NCBI GenBank assembly: GCA_001600815.1
Contig: BCKZ01000005.1
Span: forward strand, 1,093,323-1,113,322
DNA length: 20,000 bases
Source of the DNA: Alloascoidea hylecoeti
Taxonomy: Eukaryota
Direction of reading: 5' to 3'
The position numbers and the translations under genes are program-made. The notes under the pieces were generated by a model. That model did not search any database, was not told where the DNA came from, and saw nothing but the letters and a program-made list of their open reading frames with translations. Positions 1-9,726 of this stretch are shown here, in pieces (the stretch's first letter is position 1; each line of letters starts with the position of its first letter).

Positions 1-83
1 TTGGAACAAATTTTATAGCGGAAATTTTTGTTTTAAGTTGCTTTAATTTATAATTTTTACCTTGCAAATTCCTAATAGAGACC

Positions 84-99
84 TTACCCGGACCGCGCG
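84..99 (+). promoter_or_regulatory. Reb1-type site TTACCCGG plus adjacent CGCGCG (Rsc3-like) in the UBP10 upstream region
   Basis: TTACCCGG at 84-91 and CGCGCG at 94-99, followed by A-tracts. This is the typical layout of a yeast nucleosome-depleted promoter. Confidence 0.55.
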
Positions 100-524
100 T
101 CGGAGGAAAAAATATAAAAAAAATTAGCTTAAAATACAAAGAAATTCCCGTATATTTTTTTTGGTACACATTTCATTTATTTTGGATATCTTATAATCTA
201 AGATAAATTAATCAATTAATAGCTTGTTATATTTTTTTTGGCTCTACTACTTTAAAGTTTTAAGAAAATTAAATCTAACCTTTACGGCCTGTTGATAGTG
301 TATTTTTTTCGTTTTTCGATTTTTTCGATTTTTTCTTTGAACTTGTAATTAAACCTCAATTCTTTTTATTCCCTTCATTTCATTTCATTTTATTCTGCTA
401 CTAAACAGCATTTTATATCTGCTCTGATATAGTATTACAGAAATATCTATTCATTTGGCTTCCAAAGCAACCCAGTTTAAATTTGTTTCACTTCCATCCA
501 ACTACAATAATACAAGAAACAAAA

Positions 525-2507
525 ATGAAAGTAGCATCAGAAAATAATGGTTATGAAAACCAAAACAATATGATCCCCGAGAAAAGAAGCATCAGTCTTG
601 TTGAAAGACTCAAGTCCTTACCAAGTATTCAGTTTGTACCTGCTAAAATACCTGATGCCGTCTCTCTTCGCCCGGCTTCTTATGTTAGTTTGAATACGCA
701 ATCCAAAAACACAGACACAAACGCAAACGCAAACGCAAACAAACACAACAATAATAACAATAACAATAATTCTAAATTAAATACAAATCAAAATAATACA
801 AACAGTTCATCTGATTTAGAGAGACCTCACAAAAAACAGAAGCAAAGACCATCAAATTTGGCAGAGGCGTTATCAGCGTATAGCGCAGAAGCAAAAGGGC
901 CATCGCCTATTGTGTCCAATGCCAGAAATTCAAATCAATCAAACACAACTCCGTTGTCTCCTTCCACTTCAAATGGTACCTCTGTTTCCGAGGATTCCGG
1001 TGATACATCCTCAACGGATTCGGAAGATGAAATAGCTTTAGTTGATTATGATTTCTTTGATGCTAGGACAGGCACGACGGACGAAGATGATAATGATGAT
1101 GTTATACCTAGAAAGAGAAATATTAGTAATGTTATAATCAGCTCAAATAATGCCAATAAGGAAAAACATTCAAATCCCTATATTACTACTCATTATGATA
1201 ATGATCATGGTACTGCTAATGCTGATGCTGGTGTTGACGCCGATTCGGAATCTGATTATTCTGATAGTTCTGATAGCTCTGATGGTTCGGATACTAGTTC
1301 TGTTGATAGTTCTGATGCTAGTTCTCGAGAGACTAAAGCTTCAACTCCAGCAAGTAGTCAACCCTCACTAGATTCTCCAGATACTGGTCTAGCAACTCCA
1401 CCTATAGAACCAGGATTATTCAATGAAATGATTAAACCAAAAGCTGATATAAAAGCAACTGAATTACAATCATTAGTTGAAGTTAATAAATCTTCAAGTA
1501 GAGTTGTCAAATCATGGAAACGTTATAAATCACTCAGACCTTTAGGTCTTAATAACTATGGTGTTAACTGTTATATGAATAGTGTGATTCAAGCAATTGT
1601 TCATATACCTGCAATGACTCACTATTTAGATTCTGTTTATCGTGGTAACTATGATGATATTATTAGTCCAAAAAGTGTTACGAAAGTAATGGCTGGCATA
1701 TCAAATAGAATGTGGAATATTGATAATAAAATTCATAAAAGATATATAAGTCCCCAAAGATTATTAGAAAGGCTGGATGATATAAATTGTACGATGTCAA
1801 TTTATGAGCAAGAAGATAGTCATGAGTTTTTTATATCCTTAATTTCAAGAATTCAAGAAGATAGTGTACCAAGAGGTAAGAAACTGAATTCATCGATCAT
1901 TTACGATATCTTTGCTGGTAGTTTAGATCAATCTGTTATATGTAAATCTTGTGGTCATGTTTCAAAAACAGAACAGGACTTTTATGATTTATCAATTGAT
2001 ATGAATCTATCAATAGAGAAATCATTAACTGAATATTTTAGACCTGAAATCTTAAAACCAGACACTGAACAGACTAAATCAAAGGATAATTATCAATGTG
2101 AAAAATGTCATAAAAGATCAAGTATTACTAAATTTTCTTTAATTAAAAAATTACCTGAAACATTAATATTACATGTTAAAAGATTTAAATTTAATGGAAA
2201 TGGAAATTCATCAAAATTAAAAGAAACAATTGATTTTCCAAATGATTTAAATTTGAAAAAATTTACAATTTATTCATCAATTAATAATAATACAACAAAT
2301 AACAATTTAAATGATTTATTCAATTATAAATTAAGTAGTGTTGTTGTTCATGAAGGTAGAACAACAAATTCTGGTCATTATATTTCTCATTGTAAACAAC
2401 CTGATGGAACTTGGGCAACTTATGATGATGAATATTTTCAACCTATTAAAGAAAATAATGTTTTAACTGAGCCGTCTGCTTATTTGTTAATCTATTCAAG
2501 AATGTAA
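525..2507 (+). CDS. UBP10: Ubiquitin-specific protease (USP/C19 family), Ubp10/USP36-like nucleolar deubiquitinase
   Basis: Cys box GLNNYGVNCYMNSVIQ, QEDSHEF motif, RLDDINC and QEDSVP segments typical of Ubp10, two CxxC pairs, His box VVHEGRTTNSGHY, then YDD. Long disordered S/D/N-rich N-terminus. First ATG is at 525 in an AAAAATG context; the ORF-track start at 483 is TTG. Confidence 0.93.
   Translation: MKVASENNGYENQNNMIPEKRSISLVERLKSLPSIQFVPAKIPDAVSLRPASYVSLNTQSKNTDTNANANANKHNNNNNNNNSKLNTNQNNTNSSSDLERPHKKQKQRPSNLAEALSAYSAEAKGPSPIVSNARNSNQSNTTPLSPSTSNGTSVSEDSGDTSSTDSEDEIALVDYDFFDARTGTTDEDDNDDVIPRKRNISNVIISSNNANKEKHSNPYITTHYDNDHGTANADAGVDADSESDYSDSSDSSDGSDTSSVDSSDASSRETKASTPASSQPSLDSPDTGLATPPIEPGLFNEMIKPKADIKATELQSLVEVNKSSSRVVKSWKRYKSLRPLGLNNYGVNCYMNSVIQAIVHIPAMTHYLDSVYRGNYDDIISPKSVTKVMAGISNRMWNIDNKIHKRYISPQRLLERLDDINCTMSIYEQEDSHEFFISLISRIQEDSVPRGKKLNSSIIYDIFAGSLDQSVICKSCGHVSKTEQDFYDLSIDMNLSIEKSLTEYFRPEILKPDTEQTKSKDNYQCEKCHKRSSITKFSLIKKLPETLILHVKRFKFNGNGNSSKLKETIDFPNDLNLKKFTIYSSINNNTTNNNLNDLFNYKLSSVVVHEGRTTNSGHYISHCKQPDGTWATYDDEYFQPIKENNVLTEPSAYLLIYSRM
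718..770 (+). repeat. Coding microsatellites in UBP10: (CAAACG)x3-4 encoding NA repeats, then an AAC/AAT poly-Asn tract
   Basis: Read directly: caaacg repeats at 718-740 and an Asn run at about 747-770. Confidence 0.85.
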
Positions 2508-3689
2508 TGACTTTAAAAATATTTGAAGATAAAAAAGTTTGGCATTGTTTGTTATTGTTTCGTTATTGTTATCATTGATGATTGTTATATTGTATACGTT
2601 GTAATATTAATACATATAGCTAGAATTAGACACTAAGAAGTTATATTAATTAATTATAATCGTAAATAATCCGCAAGTACCGTAACTTCATGATGATGAT
2701 ATACCTCATAATTATTATGTGGTATATATAAAAATATTTATATTATACTGCTTCATGCTTTAGGAAAAGATGCAATTGACTCTCAACATATGGATGTTAA
2801 CGTCCATAACATTTTGAAGTCTCACAATATCCGATTAATTTCGGCCATAGGATGAATTAAATGGTCATCATATTTCGTTATTTACAAAATACAAAGTTAG
2901 CCATTACTGATATCAACGATGAGCAAAATTTTTAATATTTCCTACAACATCGAACATTTTTTCCCACAGTTATCTGGTGCATGAACCTCTGAATTCCCAT
3001 TTTTTAATTGTTTTGCTATTATATAGTTTCAAATGAAGCTCGTTTTAAGGACTTCAGTAAATTTGGGGTAGTAGTTACACGATTAGGTAAATTAAAGGAT
3101 TTTTTATGACATTATGACAAGGAAAGTATCGGCCAGAGCCTTCGCTTCATGAAGATTCAATTACCTTTGATACCATACTTAACAGGTATTAACGTCAGTA
3201 AACATATATATCATGACAGTTCTATGTTGCTATAGAGCTCTCAAGCGGAGTAACAATATCCCATTACCACCAATTGAACAGTTAATCTTTTTTAAATTTG
3301 TGGATACGTATTACAATATTCTTTTAAAGTAGAAGTATATTTTTAACTATATTATGTTTAAATTAAGTATGAGAAAAGAATCTAAATTTCCTGAGGAAGC
3401 GAAGCAACAAGATCTGATTTTCTGTTCTACATTACTGACTTTAATTTTTACTTGATTGGGTTAAGTCTCAATCAGCACAATCCACCCAAATTTTTCTCAC
3501 TTAAATTTATCATTAGTCCAACTTAGTGTTTAGTTCAAGCTCCAATTCATCAGCTGCCATTATATCTTTACTATTCATATTATCATTATTATCATTAGGT
3601 GGAAAGTTGTTGTTACTTCGAGTCCCTTCACTTCTTTCTAGGGTTAAAAATAATTACCATGAAGTAGATAGTTTTTGTCGTTAGTTAAA

Positions 3690-4860
3690 TTATAAATATT
3701 TTGAATATTTCTTCCTTAAATTGGCAGTAAAATCATAAATAACAAGACCAGATTGTGTACCACAAACATTATTCTTTTTGAATCGATATATACTGACAAA
3801 ACATAATTCTATTTCTGTATATTCCTTTAATTTTTTTATTTAAATTCCGAATCCTAATAGTAGCATCATCAACAACAGAAATGATTTTATTATCATTTAT
3901 GCATATATAAGAAACATTATAATCTAGCAAAGTATTTATTAATTTATTTGATTGTAAATCCCAAACTATTATTTTGTCATCTTCAGTAACTTTTAAAACT
4001 AAGTATTCCTCCTTTACTGCCATGCATACTAAATCAAATTTAAATTCTTTGATCATTTGACCAGTTTCAATATTCCAGAGTCTTATCATGTAAAGCCTTT
4101 GAGCATATAAGGTACCATTATGGGTGCAAACATTAATGATGGGCTCTTCTATTTTTAACCAGTGTTGTAAATTAAACCGTACTTTATCATGATGTTCAGT
4201 ATTATCAAGACTTGATTTCCAAACTCCAATGTAACCATCTTCATCACAGCATACAATATAATCATTGTATATAACGACATCAGCTATGATAAAATGATCT
4301 ATTGGATTAAAATCTGGTAGTTTCTAAATTATACAAGATCTATCTTCTGAACTAGAAACTAAATATTTGTCATTAGCCATATAATCAACGCTATCTAAGT
4401 GAAATTTGATATCGTAACGCCTTGTTAATTCTAATAATCCACTGGTAATATTCTCAAATTCACAGGAATTGATTCACCTAAAACATTTAAACATTCAAGA
4501 GTTTTACTATCCAAAATGATTATTGTACCATTGCATAAAACAGTTACAATCCCGTTTTTAAAAATTTAGCACAAGATACTCCACTTAATTTATAGTGTGT
4601 AAAATTTTCCAATTCAGATCTAAAAGATATCGTTCTTTAAATAATTCATACCAAGAGCCAGTTTCTGAATCACGATTATAGTCCCAAGATTCTTGTTCTT
4701 GAAACTTTGATTTCCATATATCATCACCATCGGCTATTTGTTTCCATGAATTAGATATTCCTCTACAATTAAAAGTCTTTGGTGATGAGTTTCTAAAGAT
4801 TAAATCATTCATTTCATCAGGGAAATAATCAACAAAATTGATTCTAGTCTCAAGATCCAT
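3690..4860 (-). pseudogene. F-box/WD40-repeat protein pseudogene (SCF substrate-receptor type) with several frameshifts and an in-frame stop
   Basis: Manual minus-strand reconstruction: F-box (MDLETRINFVDYFPDEMNDLIF...WKQIADGDDIWK...LNWK) / FTHYKLSGVSCAKF / KNGIVTVLCNGTIIILDSKTLECLNVLG / ...NDKYLVSSSEDRSCII*KLPDF (TAG at 4324-4326 where WD repeats have Trp) ...YIVCCDEDGYIGVWKSSLDN... in frame into ORF 3769-4089 (IRLWNIETGQ, IIVWDLQ) / ...CGTQSGLVIYDFTANLRKKYSKYL*, stop at 3690-3692. This joins the ORF-track fragments 4585-4860 and 3769-4089. Confidence 0.88.
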
Positions 4861-5034
4861 TGTTGCATATAAGTCCTTATAGTGTACTTGATATATGAAT
4901 CAAAATTGGTAAAAGAATTCTGATTTTGAATAGTTACGTGAAGTGTATTATATATTAGGAACAAAAAAAATTAAAAAATCTACATTGCACTTTGGTACAT
5001 CGTCCAAAGCTTATCCTTAAATTGGCTTAAATTA

Positions 5035-5215
5035 CAGTACTTTGCGTAAATATCGACCACATTTTAACTTATATATTCGCCAACACCATGGATAAATATT
5101 CATCCGCTCGGTAACACGGGGCGTATAGTTAAATAGTGAACTACTCTATCGACAGCAGGTCATGCAGTCACTGGCTCGGGTAATTATGGGCGAATATGGT
5201 TGATATTTACGCAAA
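5035..5215. mobile_element. Tc1/mariner-pogo-type MITE, right terminus truncated
   Basis: Left end TA|CAGTACTTTGCGTAAATATCGACCACATT. Inverted copy AATATGGTTGATATTTACGCAAA at 5193-5215 matches 5041-5063 at 21/23. A second inner inverted repeat is ATATTCGCC (5073-5081) / GGCGAATAT (5189-5197). The terminal GTACTG|TA is missing on the right. Confidence 0.65.
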
Positions 5216-6384
5216 TAAAGGCCTTTTTTTATTAAGGGCTTATTAGCCCTATACTAGTGCTAATACACATCCTCAGCTACGGTTCCTAATTATTTGGTTT
5301 GGATTAGTAAACAAAGTCTCATCTCTCTCTTTTCCTCTCGTTTGTTCACATTTTGATCACTATTGGTGATAGCTTTTCTTTAGATCCGTACAAGACACCT
5401 TCCCTATCCAGTTTTATACACTATCAGTGTGCAGCTATAATTTTATCTCAAGTCGAATGGGACAGCCAAAAAATACAAAACCTACAGGGCATATCGTTTA
5501 TACAAATTTGATCAAGATCTTATTCAACCTCACCTCCCTAACTATAAACCCATTTAAAAGTATTCAACAATCACCAAGTGAAATTTAATGATAAACGTAT
5601 GTCTGAGGAGTAACCTGAACTCCAATTATGTCTATTTATGCTGTTCCTCTCCGTGAGGCCATGCATAAATGAATAGTTTCCGCAACAAGCTGATACAGTA
5701 ATTGACCAACCCAATATGAGTGCGTAAAAGCTTGAAATGTCCTTAAAAGACCTAATAACAAACTCCTCAACCGGAAAAGTTCGCAACACCTTGCACTCAA
5801 GGGTAACCATTTATTTTTCTATATGTTATTCTATATCCCACTAGTACAATCTCCTATAATTGGTTAGTGGTTATACACCGGTATATATTGATAACACGAT
5901 TAACAAACAGAGCTGGCTGCATTTGTACCCTGTTTCTTGTTACATAATAGTCTATACATGTATACGATTTTATAATAACCATGTAGGGTACATTTATATG
6001 TTACTTAAAACGGCTAAACTATGAACCCTATATTTTTAGATGTTTTATTTTTATTCTTAGTGTTAGGGACTCAGAGTCTGTAAGACATTCTTATGCTAGC
6101 ACTCTCAACTGACTTTACAGGTTATACAGGTAGTTGTATACCTCTAAATAAATTTAATTACATTCTACTTTTTCATGTATATTCATGTTTACACATTTTC
6201 GATGCCAATTCCCAAGGCTATTGCCATAAGTTTAGCTAATTAGGGAAATCTACAAAGTTTTCAACACTTCCAAGTAAATAAAAACAAGTTTAAATTAATA
6301 TAAATTATAAATTATAGAATCAGATAGATACACCATATTGAATATTTTCAAAATGACTTTTGAAATCCCATAAGTACTTCTTAC

Positions 6385-6669
6385 TTATAATCCTAAAACG
6401 GCAGCACCAATAAAAGCCACGACACCAGCAGCGGCAAAAGAACCAGAGTTGGCATTGGCATAAGCAGCACCATTTGATTCTGGGACGACAGGTGCAGTAC
6501 CATTAGTTGGTACGGATGTTGATCTAGCTGGACAAGAAGTGACTTCTGGACCACAAGATGTGATGGTGACTAATTCAGTAGAGGTGGAACCTTCAGTAGC
6601 GGTGGTATTGTAAGCTTGGGCAGAAACGAGACCAGCAGTGGCGATGATAGCGACAGTAGAGAATTGCAT
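6385..6669 (-). CDS. CCW12: Small GPI-anchored cell wall mannoprotein, Ccw12/Sed1/Pga59-like
   Basis: Signal peptide MQFSTVAIIATAGLVSA resembling the Ccw12 N-terminus, S/T-rich body with the LVTITSC...C flocculin-type-3-like motif, N-glycosylation sequons NTT and NGT, and a hydrophobic C-terminal GPI signal (NGAA...AAGVVAFIGAAVLGL). Strongly biased codons. Exact orthology is uncertain. Confidence 0.8.
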   Translation of the reverse strand: MQFSTVAIIATAGLVSAQAYNTTATEGSTSTELVTITSCGPEVTSCPARSTSVPTNGTAPVVPESNGAAYANANSGSFAAAGVVAFIGAAVLGL

Positions 6670-6744
6670 TGTTATTGTTATTAGTTATTAAACGAGTGTG
6701 AGTGTTTGTGGAAAGAAAAAGAAAATTGGAGGAGATTTTGTTCC

Positions 6745-6765
6745 TTTTATATTTCGGTTTATATA
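6745..6765 (-). promoter_or_regulatory. TATA elements upstream of the CCW12-like gene
   Basis: Minus strand reads TATATAAA (6758-6765) and TATAAAA (6745-6751), about 75-95 nt upstream of the ATG. Confidence 0.5.
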
Positions 6766-7859
6766 TTTATTGAGCGATATAAATGTTTTAAATCGGTAAT
6801 GTTTTGTTTTTTCATGATTTCTCTCTGCCTAAACCTAGAAATATGTATCATATTCTCATAATAAAGTTTAAAAAAATCGCGAATTTAAGGTGTGTAAATA
6901 AAAAGCTATAACCTTATTGTGTTTCATCTCATCCCCACGTGAAAGACGCTCAATAAGGAAAAAACGGGTCTAAAATTTTAATATAATGATAGTTGTTGTA
7001 GTGGAATTCTTCTCTACCTATAGATCTATACCTCTTTTTTTTACAAGATTAAGAAGGAATATTGATCGATATACATACGCATATAGAATTGATATACTCA
7101 AAATTTTAATCTATTTGCAACGCGGTCCAGCCTGCAGGTGGGCAGAAAATCCTTGTTGTTCTTCCACAGGTTCTCTCGATTTAAATTTTGTGGTTGGAAC
7201 TTGAACTGTAAAATAATCGTAACAATAGAATAAAACTTGTAACCTATCGTGTTTTAAACTGTAAAATAACAATAACAACACTGAAACTTGATCTTGAGTT
7301 CGTTTACATATGGTAATTGCCATATATTTTTTTCAGATTTTGGGGTGAAGAATTTTCTCTTGCAATTGCTTACTAATATTATTGATTATAATAAGTTTAT
7401 TATAAGAAATATAGTTTGCAATTAAAATTCCTATATAGGTATCAAGTTATCAACTGCAAAGGTCGTAAGACAAAAAGAAATTTTTATTAACACGCGTACG
7501 TAGAAGCTATAAGTTATATAAAACATTTACCAATCTAGATCTACTATAGACTGTGACCATAGATATCATATGAAAGGCTTGGTCTTACAGTACTATGTAA
7601 TTGCAATCACATTGCTTTAATAACTACTGTATCTTTTAATATTGCATTATCGTTTCCTCCCATGCATCACCTTTGTATACTGAATGTTCCAGAATTTCAT
7701 CCAGGAGCAGCGAACTTACTTAATCGCGGCGTCATTCAAACTCAGTCAGATTTTCAGCTAGCAATAAAAATAAATGCTATGATGAAATTATACAGGGACT
7801 CGTAATAAGAGTTTTTAATTTATTTTTAATCAACTTAAACACAACTCACAACAGCACCG

Positions 7860-8038
7860 ATGACATCAACAAGGTATGTATCTTTGGGGGATATTAATAA
7901 CTACAAACTGAATCATTATATTACTAAGGTCTTTGTAGCCTGATATTTTTTGGGTTATCCTGTTGGATTCTAAAGCACATGAACAGATACCTAGAAGCAC
8001 ATACTTGTGACTTTTCTATAGCTCTCTTGTACATCTAA
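7860..8038 (+). other. Spliced micro-ORF or 5' part of a decayed gene; candidate 65-nt intron at 7874-7938
   Basis: ATG ACA TCA ACA AG|GTATGT...TACTAAG (7922-7928)...TTTGTAG|. The spliced product is MTSTSLIFFGLSCWILKHMNRYLEAHTCDFSIALLYI*. It is preceded by an A/C-rich leader-like stretch. Confidence 0.4.
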
Positions 8039-9726
8039 GACTAATTGGATAAAGCCAAAAGAAAGATAAGATATCTAGCTGACACATTCAGCTGTAACTT
8101 ACACGAAGGGTCATATGGCGCGTATGTGCACAGAGACACAGAGAGGGACGAAAACATTGAATATTTTCATACTTTTTGAGGCATGGCCTATACAGCTCAC
8201 ACCACTGAGCTCAGTAACAGCTGTGTGTTTTTTCGATGGATCTAAAAAATCAACCGATAAACCTCTTGTAAAATAATTATAATTAAAACTCAAATATATG
8301 TAACTTTAATTAGAAAAAGTAGAAAGATTCCCGATGGTATGGAAAGTCAACCCCGAGGTGCCTCATGATCATATTCACAAAGCTGGTGATCTCCTATCTG
8401 AAGAGGAGGGAATGTAGTGCCCTACATATAGTCCGGGGTCTGAACCTAATCAATAATTATTTAATTGATATTAATGGGACAGCTTGACACTGGTATCCAT
8501 TATTGCTTCCGATTTTATATTGGAGATAGAAGAAATAATTTTGGTCAGACATAAGGCAATAAGCAATGGTAAATAAAACTTATACGGTTATTTCACTTGA
8601 TTTAGGCCATCCCATTAACCAACTTTCGGCCGAGTTTGACGCACAAAGTTGTCCCCCTGCATACTGCATACTAACGGTGAAAGTCTTGTAACGTATATTT
8701 AATGTAAAAGTAGGAGCAAAGTAAAAGTTATATTATATGTGTTAAAGATATCCAGTACAAAGTATTTTTAACATTGTGTTAATATACGATTGTATGATTA
8801 AATAGTTAAGGGCCGATTGGCGTTCTTAAAGCGATATTAATTGCAAGGATAACAACCTAATTATAAAATTAAAAACAGAAGAACATAAGAAAGAAAGCAA
8901 AGAAAAGAACAAACATTTATATAATCAATAGGACAACCCTGAATTCAGCTAAACAAAAGCTAAAATCTCACAAGATTACTGGTCACACTGGTAATAATGC
9001 GGCCGAATAATAGTTATTTGGATAACCGATAAACAGTGATCAGAATGGCCTCAATTAAGTAGAATCAGTATAACATTTACAAGTTGAATATTCGCTCCCT
9101 ACGACAAGTGAAAAAGAAAATTGACAACATTGGCTGAAGAAATATAATAGGAATGAACAAGCATTAAAATCATATTTAATTCCTAACGAGTGTAATCGGT
9201 TGATAAGAAACGCTGATAGCAAGAAAATTGTTATTTTAAACCATCATTTAAAGTTATAAGGCAATACAATAATATTTATTCTCTAGATCTTATAATTAGT
9301 ATGCATAATAATGAATTATTTTTATTCGCACCACATTAATCGATTATAGTCAACCATTTTTAACTTATAATTATTAATAAGATATTTACTTAACAGTTAT
9401 ATCTTTTGTATCACCAAATTTAGTTTTTTACTCAACCAATTACAGCATTTCATACTTGGTAAACTAATTGAATATATTCAAAAGGTTGTATGGTAACTCA
9501 ATTATTCACAATTACAAGTGGCAGGTTGGCCTTGTGTTTTAAATGAGACGTATTTAGAAGATATCCATAGTTGGAAGGAATTTATCGTGTACTCATTATA
9601 AAAGAGTGAAAAAGTGGAACTTCAGAACGTACCTGAAATTTTTACATTGTCTATCCTTTCAGTTTATAAACGAAGATTGGCAAATTATGATACCAGATAA
9701 AAAGGTGTAAGATATATATAAATAAA

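Noticed and set aside
1150..1371. 73-aa hydrophobic ORF inside UBP10
   Set aside because: It is a shifted reading of the D/S-rich GAT/TCT repeats of UBP10.
6061..6162. TGT...ACA-bounded stretch considered as a solo LTR
   Set aside because: It is too short, with no target-site duplication and no second copy in the window.
6986..7323. Overlapping 72-aa and 70-aa ORFs and a 13-bp direct repeat AACTGTAAAATAA
   Set aside because: There is no recognisable domain or codon bias; the region lies in the probable upstream regulatory region of the cell-wall gene.
8471..8618. Inverted pair TTAATGGGA / TCCCATTAA
   Set aside because: Only 9 bp are perfect and the termini are not diagnostic, so I cannot distinguish it from chance.
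8860..9290. K/E/N-rich interrupted plus-strand frames and a TACTAAC at 8669-8675
   Set aside because: There is no convincing donor or family motif. It could be more debris, but I cannot support that from the sequence alone.
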